A stretch of 64,000 bases of DNA. Origin: Octopus sinensis. Its lineage: Eukaryota. The notes beneath the pieces are model-generated. The model had not been told where the DNA came from. It was given only the letters and a program-made list of their open reading frames with translations, and did not search any database. Numbering within the stretch: position 1 is the stretch's first letter; each line of letters opens with the position of its first letter. Positions 35,788 through 49,309 of this stretch are shown in pieces. Both the position numbers and the translations under genes were made by a program. Location of the stretch: positions 58,032,001-58,096,000 of the forward strand of contig NC_043006.1 of NCBI RefSeq assembly GCF_006345805.1. Direction: 5' to 3'.

Positions 35788-38161
35788 CAGTGATTCCCAA
35801 GGTGGGGCGTACGCCCCACTGGTGGGGCCTGAGAAAATTCAGGTGGGGCGCGGGGCATAGACGTGGGCTGTGAAAATATTTGTACATGACGAGCGGTCAT
35901 CGCGGGCACAACCTTAGATTCCGTCTTTCCTTTGAAGCCTCCACATCGGAAACTCTCGCACCCCAGCGAGACAAAGAAGATCCCGCACTGAGCAATAAAC
36001 TTACTATTCAGATAAGCCAATCAATTGCCTCAATTAGTCTTTTGTTAGCCCTATTGAAAATGAGCAAACCAAACAAGAAGAAGACTCGTCAATACGCGGT
36101 GGAGTTTTTGAAGTTTGGATTCATTCCTGATGAGCATGATGAGCGTAAACCGTTTTGCTTATTATGTAATCAGACGATGAGCAATGAGTCAATGAAGGCA
36201 GGTAGGCTGGAAGCGCACTTAAAGGTAAGACATCCTAATAATTCTAATTTAGATTTGGAATACTTCAAATCATTGAAAGAAAAATTTAAAAACCGAACAA
36301 AACTCACTTCACTATTTCATGCAAAACAAGCGCCTCATACTCGTGCCCTTGAAGCCAGCTACGAAATCTCCTTGCTTATAGCAAAATATGGAAAGAATCA
36401 CACTATTGGAGAGCAACTGATTAAACCTGCTATCTCAATATTCTTAAAAACTGTATTACAAAAAGATGATGGAGATATCAGGACTATGCCACTCAGTAAT
36501 AACACTGTCTCGAACAGAATAGATGAAATGGGGCAAGATGTTGAAAGCCAGCTCATTGAGAAATTAAAATTGCGTAAGTTTTCATTACAAATGGACGAAT
36601 CCACAATCCGGGACAGTGAGGCTCTGTTATTGACTTATGTGAGGTATATTGACCACGAGGAGTTTCAGGAAGAGATGCTGTTCTGCGAATCGTTTGAAAC
36701 CACCACAACTGCAAATGATATTTACATCAAAATCAAACATTATTTGGATGCAAACAAAATACCAAAGGAAAACTTACTGGCATGTGCGGCAGACGGTGCA
36801 CCTGCCATGATGGGCAAGAATACGGGATGCTTAAAAATGATGAAGGATGAAAATCCAAACATGTTGACTGTCCATTGTGTAATACACCGAGAAAACTTGG
36901 TTGCCAAGAAATTGTCCCCTGTTCTTAACAAGATTCTTCAAAGTGTGATCAAGTGTGTCAACAGCATTAAAAGAAATTCTAAATCTGAACGTCTTTTTAA
37001 GCAGTTTTGTATAAATCAAAGTGCCGAACATGTTCGATTATTGCTTCATACAGAAGTAAGATGGCTATCAAGTGGAAACTGCTTAAAGAGGTTCATGGAA
37101 TTATTTGATCAGATTAACGACTTTCTTAGTGATAAATGTGAAATGAAATTGCTGTCAACAACGGATGGAAAAGCATTTGTCAGTTATTTGACAGACATAT
37201 TTGAGAAACTTGGAAACTTGAATAAACAACTTCAAGGTGCAAACATGACACTTATTGATGCAAAAGCAAAGATTTTTGGATTTATTACAGCTCTCGAATT
37301 ATGGAAAAAGAAATTTTCCAAAAGAAATTTTCCAAAAGAAATTTCAGTGAACTTTACTGGTTGAGTAAATGTGAAATAACGAATGATGCTGGCATTGTAA
37401 TTATTGATCATTTAAATATCTTGATAAAGGATTTCAATGACAGATTTTGCGATTTAAAGGCAATGAATTTTCCTTCTTGGTTAACTCAACCGCTTCTGAT
37501 TAACGTTTCTGATGCTACAATCCAATACCAAGAAGAGTTATCAGAATTACAACATGATGAATCAGTGAAGACTTTGTTTAAATTGAAAGGTACAAAGATG
37601 TGGCTATATGACGAGGTTGAAAGAAAATATCCTAAAATTTCTACATCAGCGAGAGAGCTACTGATTCCTTTCCCTTCGTCTTATTTGGTCGAATGTGGTT
37701 TTAGTGCAGTTGATAATTTGCTCGAAGCCAAGAGAAACCGGCTTGAGATTACAAAACGTGGCGATTTACGACTGAAATTAACAAAGTTGTCTCCTCAAAT
37801 TAAAACTTGTGCTGTATGCATCAGGCACAGGGTTCTCACTAAATTAGTCGAGCTGACCGTCAAATAATTGAACTGAAAAAACGTGTTTCTTTATTCTTTA
37901 TAAATTGACATTTTTTAAAAACATGAGAAATCGTAATAATTTTATCGATTTATTGGGTGTTATGCACTTTCAGTGCCTGTTGTTTCAATTCTCAAACTAT
38001 TTTTTTGTATTTTGAATACAATTTTTTAATTTTTGATTTTTTTTCAATTGTAAGTAGGCCCACATGTACTTGTAAATGTGAGTGGACATGGGAAAAGGTG
38101 GGGCGTAAAAACTTTTGCTATGAAAAAGTGGGGCGCCGGGAAAAAAGGTTGGGAAACACTG
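35788..38161 (+). mobile_element. hAT DNA transposon, Buster/Charlie type, complete termini
   Basis: TIRs CAGTG(A/T)TTCCCAA; perfect 8-bp TSD ATATAATG (35780-35787 and 38162-38169) with central TA. Confidence 0.95.
36060..37842 (+). pseudogene. hAT transposase (ZBED5/SCAND3/GTF2IRD2-related family) with two frameshifts
   Basis: BED finger CLLC...HLKVRH; LQMDEST; CAADGAPAM; HCVIHRE; WLSSG; SSYLVECGFS. A 14-bp duplication at about 37306-37333, and a 1-bp shift near 37805 hiding the HQAQGSH* terminus. Confidence 0.93.
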
Positions 38162-38730
38162 ATATAATGGCTGAAGCATTGAGAGCTGTGTATTTTAGAT
38201 TTTATTTTAAACAGAATCAGGATTTATAAAGAAAAAGTCCATCAATTCAAATTTGCCACAGGCTAATTTTTAGCATAAAGCATTGAGGTAAAAGTTATTA
38301 ACAACATATAAAAGAGAATTGAATGGAAGAAGGAAACTACAAGATTCTGATACATCAAGAAGTGTTGGCGGTTATAAGACGTTTATTAATAAAAGACGTT
38401 CCACCTAGGATCGTCTGTTCAAATATGTCCATACATTTCCGGATCTCTGAGATGTAGAAGCCTTAGATGTATTTTCGTTACAGTAGAATCTATTGTGAAG
38501 AAGAGAATGCTAACAATTTATCGAGTTCAGACCATCGTCTTTCAGAGTTACCCTCGTAATTACTTAAAACACATCAGTGAGCAAGTGAATAGCTGTAGGC
38601 AAAAGAATAACTCGTGGAACCCATGCATTTATTTCGATGACTGCGATCCGTGCTAGCTGTTCTATGCACATTGGTCCTTCAAAAATCAATTACATAATTC
38701 TCCTGTAATGTTTGTATGTATGTATGTCTG

Positions 38731-38786
<56 letters not shown>

Positions 38787-39479
38787 TAGCAAACTAAAGA
38801 TGACTGCATTGTATACTGCTCACCGTGCTTGTTCGTTGATCTTTATATATTGGTCTTTTAACTATGCAGTTGGATCCAAAATCTAATTATAATTCGAAAA
38901 TTTTATAGGTTTTGGTTCAAGTAAAGCTGAAGAGTAAGCGCGTCTAGATTTCTCTTTTAGTAGTATTCTTAAAACGTTATAATAATTACAGACAAAAGTT
39001 ACTGTTTCCTAAGTTATGGGTATATTGTAGAATCAAGTATTACAATGTTTTCAAATTACCATTGCTCCTTTATGATCTTATGCGCACTGTCCATTGCTGA
39101 ACTATATCCATGTTTGCGTGGATATATTTCAACAATGAGATCTACAGCTTCAGGTATTCAACAAAAATCCAAGATTCTGCTTGAGTCAGAAGATTATCAA
39201 CAACTAACCTGAACCAAATCGCGGATATAATGACTTTAGCGGTTCCAGCACTCTTGACCCACTTGGTGAATTTCAAACACATTTTCAAAAGTTTAAAAAC
39301 CGAACTTTTCTTGTCATTATTGTTATTATTGTTATTACATAAAAATAAATACAAGAAGATTTATCAAAAGATTAATTGTATTTAGTTTCCTTCATAAATT
39401 ATAGCCGTTTTGCATCTCGAGATATAGTAAAGAGGTTATTAGTTCTTGTCAAATCATATCTGGAAGGTCTAGGAGAAAG

Positions 39480-39860
39480 GCACTTTTTTTCTTTGGTTCA
39501 GTCATTAGTCTGCGGCCATGCTGGTGCACCGCCTTAAAGAACTTTTAGGGGAATTATTCCATCCCAGTACATATTTCTTGATAAGCCTAGAACTTATTCT
39601 CTCATTCTCTCTTGCCGAACACACCAACACCGGTTGTCAAGCAGTGGTGGTGGTAACAGACGCAGATGCACACACACGCGCACACATACATATTCGACGG
39701 GCATCTTTCACTTACCGTCTTTCAAATCCAGTCACAAGGTTTTGGTGGGGCTGAGGCTATTGTAGAAGACAGTCGCCCAAGGTGCCATGCATTAGGACTG
39801 AAGCCGGAACAATGTGGTTATGCAGTAACCTTCTTATCACGCAGCTATGCCTGCACCTAT
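39480..39860 (-). mobile_element. SINE family A, diverged copy
   Basis: Collinear with 2058-2473 but more diverged. Confidence 0.75.
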
Positions 39861-40209
39861 AAATAATCTTTCTGAAGAATTTGTGCTGTTTATAGAATTG
39901 TTTAAAACTGATATTACCTCTTGCAGTGACATCAAACCAGACCGGTTACAATTACAGTTAAATCGTTTGATAACTTACAATTATATGGTGTCTTTTTCCC
40001 GAAATGTAGAAAATGTTTTGTGGATCCATTTTTCATTCAATTTTCCGATTGCAGTGGAGTGTGGTCATATTTAAAACTAAAAACAAATTGATAATGAAGT
40101 AACGAGAACCATGGAGGAAAAGAGACTGAGCAATCTCATACCACAAATATATGGCTACATGAATGAATACATGACTATATGAGCACGAATATATGACTTT
40201 TTTTGCAAG

Positions 40210-41100
40210 TGTGGTTTGCATCATCGCGATATAACATCTAGCAGACATCTGCTATCATGATCTCATTCTATAATCCTTCACTATTAACTTCCATTAAATT
40301 AATATCTTGGTGAAATCTCTAACTGATCCATGATTTGCAATAAAGAAATCTCGGTGAGAAAATGAATAAAAGAAAATGTAATTTTTAAGACATGTGACAG
40401 CCTATATTTTTGAAAGCTTCATTAAGTCACTCGACTCCGTTTTGAAAAGGAGGAGACCCACAATTTCCTCAGATATATCAACAGACCCATTTTTAAAGTC
40501 GAGGCAAACTTTTAATCTCAGTCGCTGTGAGGGATTCATCAAAAGTTTTATCTTTTAATACCACTCTAACTTAAAGTCCTACACAAACTTACTGTTTTTC
40601 GCCATATATAATTTTGGAAATATTTCTAAGAGAATTTGAAGTTCCCTTGAAATATTTTTACTCCTAAATCCAGTTCATAGCGCCATTTAAACCAAACTTA
40701 ATGTCAAGCGAGGGTCAAAACATTTTCTTTCTGTCAACTAAAGAAACTGACTTAGTATTATTGTTTACGGCAGTACATGAATACTTGGTTAGTCATTCAC
40801 TTTTATTATACTACTATGTAATCGCGCAACTTAACTGCAGCCGTAGAAATTAGCAGAGCTTGGTAAATCTCTATCGATAGGAATTACTTTAAGATTTCTA
40901 CAAAGATTCCATTGATGATCATTGTATTGAACTGCAGTAAAAAGGATCTCCTTGTTGATATCAGATTCTTCTACATTTAGCAAATGAACGGTGGGAATGG
41001 CTGGCTTTAAATTTCTTTTATATAATAAAATAGCTTTTAGACTTTGTAACGATGAATGTATAAACAGTTCGCTATTCGCATATAATGTCTTTCAGATAAG
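40210..41100 (-). pseudogene. Heavily decayed DNA transposase, probably Chapaev3/CMC type
   Basis: Collinear motifs QYNDHQWNLCRNLKV, LVDRKKMF*PSLDIKFGL, NIGCHMS*KLHFL and RFHQDINLME...MIADVC*ML. Superfamily name is from recall. Confidence 0.7.
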
Positions 41101-41480
41101 CTTGTAAATAGTTCGTTAATGTCATAACAAATAACAAAGAGAGTCATCCACTTTGGAATAAAGCACTAAACGAAGATTTGGATCTCTATAGTATCTCATA
41201 TGTGTATGAGCATGTGTGTAAGTATGTATGTGTGTATTATGTATGTATGTATATATGTATGTATGTATATATATGTATATATGTATGTGTGTATGTATGT
41301 ATGTATGTATGTATGTATGCATGTATGTATGTATATGAGAGAGAGTGAGAGAGAGTGAAAGAGGGAGAACAGGTATGCGTGGGCGTTAGAATTATACATG
41401 ATGAATGAGCAAAAACGTATATGCATACATACATACATACATACGTACGTACATACATACATACATACAACATACATACA

Positions 41481-41511
<31 letters not shown>

Positions 41512-42200
41512 CAACCAAATACCTGATTCACAAAAGGGATAGAGATGCAGGAAAAGTAGTAAAATGTTGCAGACAAAAGCGATGCAGAATTTATGGAGTT
41601 GACACCGACAATACAACCCACACAATAAGCATTTGTCAGAAAATGTCAAGCAGTTGTCCGAAAATGTCATCACAGTGTATCTACCTATGAGACATGATGT
41701 TGTAGCTAGCACACTCTATAATGAATTCCGTCGGAAGGGTAACCCCGAGGACGAAGAAATAAGAACCCATAGTATGGTAGAAGATATAGCCACTCATAAT
41801 AAAAAGGAGTACTGCTGGAATGTACCAGTGAAAACCTGAATAAAATGTAAGCACAACAGACCTGATATAATGATTTGGGATAGAGAAGAGAAACTGTGTA
41901 CAGTTGTAGAAATTAGCTGCCCAGCGGATGTTAACATAAAGCTGAAGATCAGTGAAAAAGAGAATATCTACACTGAAATATTGAGAAATCTACATTTACT
42001 CTACCCAGATTACAAGTTCAAGTTTATACATGTAATTATTGGGGCCCTGGGATATGTAACACACTGCCTAAATACCAATCTTGAGAAATTAGGCTTCTCA
42101 AAACAAGAAAGGAGAAAGCTAATTCGAAGATTACAGATCCAATCCATCACTGGAACTGTAAAAATCTGTAAAACTTTTCAGAAGTTTATCATTTAAATAT
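41512..42200 (+). mobile_element. R4/Dong-type LINE 3' fragment with restriction-like endonuclease
   Basis: TKYLIHKRDRD...RHDVVA...KEYCWNVPVKT...NRPDIMIWDREEKLCTVVEISCP...IIGALG...KICKTF. Confidence 0.9.
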
Positions 42201-42886
42201 ACATGAGCATGTCTAGATATGCAACTATATGCATTAGAATACATACATAAAACAAAACATACAAATCTGCACATACATACATGCATACATACATACATAC
42301 ATACATACATACATACATACATACATACATACATACATACATCTGTTAGTCCATCCGTCACCCTGCAGTGAAACCCAATCTGTGCAGACGTTGAGGTGTC
42401 AAAAATATGTTTGTGTGTGAGATGCACACGCAGAGCGGACTGGAATGAGCGATGTCTATATTTTAATAGCAAACTTTCTGAATCGGAATCTATTTAGAAT
42501 AATCTATTGGTTGATTAATTGAACATCTGTTAATAAAGAAGATGAGAAAGCAAGTTGTTTATTAGCAGCAGACAATCGTTACTATTGGCTGACGTCAGAT
42601 GGCGTATAAATCTCTGCTATCATATGTAGCATCAGTTTCCAGCAATTTCTACAGTGATTAATGTAATAACAATATCCTGTGAATAAGATGACTAACATGA
42701 CAATTATAATGCATGATAACATAAAAATAATATATCACACTGTACTAGTTTTATTTTTAATTAGCAGAATGACGCTCAACGAAATAGAGTTTACTAAAAC
42801 GTTTCCCGTGGTATTTAAATGTATGCATCACAAAGCAAAAATGACGTGAAACTTGATAAACTGTCGCCAAAGTTCTCACTGGTTAA

Positions 42887-42941
<55 letters not shown>

Positions 42942-43049
42942 TGTGGTGTGTGTGTGTGCGTGTGTGTGTGTTGATGCAAACAAGATAAGAGAACAAGTTC
43001 ATGAATATGTATATATATATATATATTATATATATATATATATATATAT

Positions 43050-43264
43050 TTCTTTACTACCCACAAGGGGCTAAACACAGAGGGGACAAACAAGGACAGA
43101 AAAACGGATTAAGTCGATTACATCGATCCCAGTGTGTAACTGGTACTTAATTTATCGACCCCGAAAGGATGAAAGGCAAAGTCGACCTCGACGGAATTTG
43201 AACTCAGAACGTAACGGCAGACGAAATACGGCTACGCATTTCGCCCGGCGTGCTAACGTTCTGC

Positions 43265-43266
<2 letters not shown>
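43050..43266 (-). mobile_element. SINE family B copy
   Basis: Reverse complement of the 6459-type sequence. Confidence 0.85.
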
Positions 43267-43635
<369 letters not shown>

Positions 43636-43654
43636 ATATACATACATATATAAA

Positions 43655-46600
43655 ACGATCAGCCAATTTGGCTGATCGTTAGTAAGGAAAGACAAAGAAG
43701 AAAGAAGAAACAAAGGACAACTGAAGTGTGACGAAAGGTCACTTTCGAGTGCTACTGGTAACATGTAACCCAGTACAACCTGTTGCATGGTCGGGTCGTC
43801 GGCGACTAAACCGGCAACCCCACCAAGCTTGCTTGGTGAGGAGGTTGTTTATTGGACACCCTGCGGGATGAAAAACAAAACCCGTCAAAGGGCGGAGGAC
43901 CTCTTGAGAGTCAACGACCATCCAATAAATGTTAGCACGGGTACGCAGAAATTCCGGGATGGTGTCCGGCGTGCTGAAAAACCACTGGGAGTGAGGTGCC
44001 TCTCAGCGTTTGTTAAAGCATGTCCCTAGGAGAAGGTCACTCTGATATAAAACCAGATATGCAGGGAATGGCATTGGACATTTTGGGGATCTTTGGTTTG
44101 TGCTAGAGATTACGGCACTCCCACATCTCTGAGTCTGCGACTCATATGGTACCAGACATCTTGCTTCGGCTTGTTTCTGGATAATGTCAATAAAGTGGAG
44201 AGGGTCTATGAAGTGTTGTGCAAGCCTTATTGGACCTAAAACTCTGCACAGGCATTGCCGACCTCTGCTCGATGCGTGCATTTTTTTCTTCTATATATAT
44301 TTATCTTATTTTTAGTATATATCTTCTTCGTTTTAATTTTAGTATATATATATATATTCTTTTTTTATTCGGAAGTCCTGCGGCGATGGGAAGGTGGTGA
44401 AGCATGCCGACCTGACGGGTTGGTGGCATGTAGTCAGCGACCTGCACGTAGGTGACCCATGCTAGATATAAAGTCGTCTCCATGTCGCCCAAGACAACGG
44501 TAGGATTCGGTTGCTGCATGGGTGTCTGAACAGCTCCATTTGGAGAGGGCACTGCTCACCCGGAGACCGGAGAGGTTCTAGAAAAGGTGAACCAAAAACT
44601 GCCTGTCTTTCCATATCTGGTCAGTTTAGCGCGACTGACGGATGTCAACCCTGCGCTCGAAAAACAAAGAGTCTTTTATCTATAAAATCTGGACGGAACT
44701 TAAACATTTCATGTCGGAATGTGCGCACTCCGTTGGACAACAAGAGTGTTTGCAGGCCTGAGAGACACACTGCACTTGTTGCTCGTGAGCTGAACCGTTA
44801 TAAAATTGATATAGCTGCACTCTCAGAGACTCTTATAGAAGGTGATGGTCAGCTTGAGGAAGTAGGAGGTAGATACACCTTTTTTGGAAAGGAAGGCAGA
44901 AGGAGGAGCGCATAGAGGCTGGTGTTAGTTTTGCAGTCCGATCTGATATCCTTAAGAAGTTGGAAGAGCTCTCTGTTCCTATAAATGAACGTTTAAAGAC
45001 GCTACGGTTGCACTTGAAAGGTAAGCGGTTTGCTACTCTAATAAGTGCCTATGCAACTACTTTGACTAGCTGTGATGAAAATAAAACAATCTTTTATAAC
45101 CAGCTGAGAGCCATACTTAGAAAAATCCCCAATTCTGATAAAGTCATTCTACTGGGGGATTTTAATGCTAGGATTGGAACAGACTGGCAAACATGGAACT
45201 CTCTAGGACGTTTTGGAGTAGGGAAAAGGAATAGCAATGGTCTCATGCTACTGGAGCTTTGCGAAGAACATGGACTTTACATTGCAAGCACTCATTTTGT
45301 GCACAAAGGTGATCACACAACAACATAGATGTATCCAAGGTCCAAAGTTTGGCACTTGCTGGATTATGTCATCATCCGCAAGCGCGACATTTATGACATT
45401 TGTAATGTCAAGTCCTTGCATGGACCATAATGCTGGACAGACCACAGTCTGGTGCGAGCAAAGTTCCGAATGGTGATTAGGGCGAAAGAGAGAAGAGGAC
45501 CAGTCAGCATTCCTCGCCGTCTAAATGTCCACAGGTATATGATGTTGTGGTTAGGAAAGAGCTTCAGACTCGCTTGTCCAGCATTGAAACTGCTGCAGCA
45601 TGGGAAGATTTTCGATACCAAGTTGTTCAATGTGCAGCCGAAACACTGGGGTATGTTACTGCCAGACACAGAGACTGGTTTGATGAGAATGATGCTGAAA
45701 TTCAGCGATTGTTAGTGGTAAAGTGCCATGCCCACAGTGTGTTGCTGCACAGAGAACTGTCTACTGTGCAGCGAAGTCTAGCACTTGCCCACTATAACAG
45801 TATAAAATCACTACTGCAGCGAAGATGCAGAACACTTGGTGGGAGGATCTTGCTCGTGATGTTCAGGCTGCTGCTGATGCAAATGACAGCAAGAAGCTTT
45901 ACCATCTTATGAAGCGAGCTTATGGACCTAAGAGCTCCACATCAGCTCCTTTGCTTTCCAAGGAGTCTTCCACTCTGTTTACTAAATCAACAGAAATCAC
46001 AGGTCGCTGGATCGAACACTTCTCTGAACTCCTAAACCATGAGTCAGTTGTGGATGAAACAGTGATTGATACTATGCAACAAAGACCTATCATTGGCTCC
46101 CTAGACTCCTCGCCCTCAATAGATGAAGTAATGACATCAATAAGTAAATTGAATCTTGGTAGGGCACCTGGAAAGAATGGAATTTGTGCTGAGGTCTTGC
46201 GATTTGGTGGTAATTACATCACACAGTCCCTTCATGAACTTATTAGTGCAGTCTGGAGGGATGGTGCAATCCCTAAGGACTGGAAGGGTGCAATTATTCT
46301 TCCTCTATATAAAGGAAAATGAGCCAGAACAATATGTGGTAACTACAGAGGTATTGCTCTACTATCAGCTGCTGGCAAGGTTCTGGCAAATATTCTTCTT
46401 ACCCATCTGAATGGGTGTCTCGTAAATGATGTCCTATCTGAATCTCAATGTGGCTTCCGATCTGGTAGAGGGACAATGGATATGATTTTCACAGCAAGAC
46501 AGATGCAGGAGATGTGCTATGAGCAGAATATGGATCTTGTCCTGGTATTCATTGATTTAACAAAGGCCTTTGATATTGTAAATAGGGCCTTTCTATGGAA

Positions 46601-47915
46601 AATACTTAGCAAACTTGGATGTCCGTATCACTTTGTATCTATAATTAAATCATTTCATGATGGGATGGAGGCTTGGGTCAATGTTGGTGGTGCCATGGCG
46701 GGACCCATTCCTGTAGAGAATAGTGTCAAGCAGGGTGACATCCTTGCCCCAACTCTCTTTTCTTTGTACTTTGCTGCTGCTTTTACTCATGCTTTTGCTA
46801 AGATTAGCGCTCTGGGAATATATGTCAGATATCGATCTTCTGGCCGCCTCTTTAATCTTCGCCGATTTGCTACCAATTCAAAGGTTCCCCAGTCTATTAT
46901 TCGTGACCTCCTTTATGCAGATGACTGTGACTTAGTCACTCATACAGTGGATGACATGTAAATACTCATGAATTGCATTTCTACTTCTTGCAGGGCATTT
47001 GGACTCAGCATTAGCCTGGACAAGACTGTTGTAATGTTCCAGCCTGCACCAGCTATCTTGGTTGAAGGAACGATTCTGAAGGTAGTAGATAAGTTTGTCT
47101 ACCTGGGCAGCACACTCAGCCGTTCTTGCTCCCTGGATGAGGAAATATCTTTCAGGTTGCAGAGAGCAACTAATTCCTTCCGGTCTCTTCAGTCTTGTGT
47201 CTGGTCCCAACATGGCATCGCAAGACGAACAAAAGTTGCTGTATACCGTGCTTGTGTACTGACATCGCTCCTCTACTGGTGTGAGACATGGACTCTGTAC
47301 AAACGTCAGGTAAGGGTCTTTGAACGCTTTCATCAGAGATGTCTCAGACACATTCTCAATATTGGCTGGACCTAAAAAATTCCAGACAAACAGGTCCTGA
47401 GGACAGCTGATATCGTGAGTATTGAGGCGATGGTGCACAAGCACCGGTAACGTTGGACTGGACACCTTATTAGAATGAAGGATAGCAGGATCCTTAAACA
47501 GATGCTATATGAGGAAATTGTTAGTGGAAAGAGACCCAGACAGAAACCAGGCAGCGATTTAAGGGCTATGTCAAGTCCTCATTAAAGGCCTGTGATATGC
47601 AGAACACTGACTGGGAGAACAATGCCTGTCATCGCCACAGATGGATGAGGCAGGTTAAGGAGGGGCTCGACACTTTTGAGAGAGCACGTATCCAGCATGA
47701 AGAACTTAAGCGAGCTGCGCGAAAGCGCACGGCTCGTATAGTGAATGGGGAAAGCTTGGTCTGCAATGTTTGCAGTTATGTATGCTTGTCAAGAGCAGGG
47801 CTCATTAGCCACCAACGGAGCTGTAAATGCAAAATATAAGTTAGTCCTAGAGCGCACAATGTTCCTGAAGGTCGGCAATGGTCTTCCTCGGTCACGTGTG
47901 GACGACCATCATATA
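43655..47915 (+). mobile_element. Near full-length RTE (BovB-like) LINE, decayed
   Basis: About 1-kb 5' leader; APE domain (NVRTPLD...RPERHTALVARELNRYKIDIAALSET, ILLGDFNARIG); RT (KAFD, KQGDILAPTLF, LLYADDC); terminal CNVC...HQRSC finger; 3' end GGTCACGTGTGGACGACCATC. Confidence 0.95.
44670..47839 (+). pseudogene. RTE endonuclease/reverse transcriptase ORF, fragmented
   Basis: Split across ORFs 44511-44915, 44960-45328, 45547-45912, 45825-46322, 46476-46961, 46968-47375 and 47597-47839 by stops and frameshifts. Confidence 0.92.
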
Positions 47916-48077
47916 CATCATGTATATATGCATGTATGTATGTATGTATGTATGTATGTATGCATGTATTATGTATGTATGTATGTATGTATGTATGTAT
48001 GTATGTATGTATGTATGTATGTATGCATGTACGTGTGTGTGTGTGTATGTATGTATGTATGTATGTATGTATGTATG

Positions 48078-48108
<31 letters not shown>

Positions 48109-48194
48109 CTTGACTAAGTTCCTTTTGGTTTGCTTTATTTTGTCTTCAGGTGGACAGATAGAATTTCTGGATCGGTATTTCTTTCTATTTTCTT

Positions 48195-48480
48195 TCTATT
48201 TCGATTTCAAATCCCGCCGAGGGCAACTTTGCTTTTCATCCTTTCGGAATACATAAAATAAAAGCATTATTCAAGTGTCAGGTTCGATGCAATGTAACTA
48301 ACCAATCCAGAATTGCTAGAACGTTGTTTCCTCCGGTACTTTCTATTCTGAGTTCAAATCCTGCGAGATCAATTTTACCTTTCATCCTTTTCGGGGTCCG
48401 TAAAATAAAGTATTATTCAAATACTGGATTCAATGTAATTAACTAACTCACTGGTTTCTCACATTTTTAACCTTGTACCA
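48195..48480 (+). mobile_element. Two degenerate SINE family B fragments
   Basis: TTCAAATCC...GAG...TTTCATCCTTT repeated twice. Confidence 0.6.
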
Positions 48481-48550
48481 TCTATTGTAATTTTTTTTAA
48501 AAATCATACCGATTACCACTAACCAGAAATCGTCGTAATTCAAGAAAGCT

Positions 48551-48586
48551 CCACTGACGAGGTGCACTAATATCGAAACTGTCTGT
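48551..48586 (+). ncRNA. Minimal hammerhead-like motif
   Basis: CCA CTGACGA GGTG CACTAA TATC GAA ACTGT C TG: intact core, 4-bp stem II with 2 G-U pairs, only 2-bp stem I. Confidence 0.5.
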
Positions 48587-49309
48587 TTGTCTATTAACAA
48601 AAAGCAGATTTCCTGCAAAGAGTATATATAAATTTTGCGAAATTAATTCCTAACTTCTTTATGTTAACTCGCCACACAAATTTGAGAATCACTACCGATC
48701 ACTGAAAAAGAATCATATGCACGGCTCTTCCTCTAGATTAAGCGGGAAAAAAATTTCCAATAGCTTTTTGCATTTTTTTTGTCCAACCACGAAGAAAATG
48801 TCAAGTTAATTATGGATTTTTCCTCTGTGTACTGCATTCACTAATTTAAAAAAAAACCCAAATAACTCTTTTTTTTTTTCGAAATTCATTCTGCTATCGC
48901 ACTGAAGTTATTTCCCTTACATCATTTTATTTATTTCTTTATTTATGTAGTCCCTTTTTCAGTGTATGATTTTGCTTTGCTTCATCCCTCAACGCTTTTG
49001 TGTTTCCTAGTTTGTTTTTTTTTCTGTTTCTATTCCACACCCTCGTTCACTCTCTGTGTCTCTCGTTCCTGTTATTTTTTTTTCCGATTCTATTCCCCCC
49101 CAGCCTACCTTTAGTTCTTTTTTCTTCTCTGTCTCCTTTGTTTTTCAAAAATAAATATATATTTTTTGCTTTTACATTTCTTCTTTTGTCTTTTCTTTTC
49201 AGATTTTTTTTCCCTTAACTCCTCTGCTTCATCTTCTTATCTGTCTATTTTCTTAAATTTAAACACTCACAAACATACACACACACAATATAATGGAGTG
49301 TCAGTTCCC

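Noticed and set aside
35880-36059. N-terminal extension of the 494-aa hAT ORF
   Set aside because: It is an in-frame read-through of the 5' subterminal region; family similarity starts at MSKPNKKK (36060).
46932-47465. 177-aa minus-strand ORF
   Set aside because: It is an antisense shadow of the RTE reverse transcriptase region.
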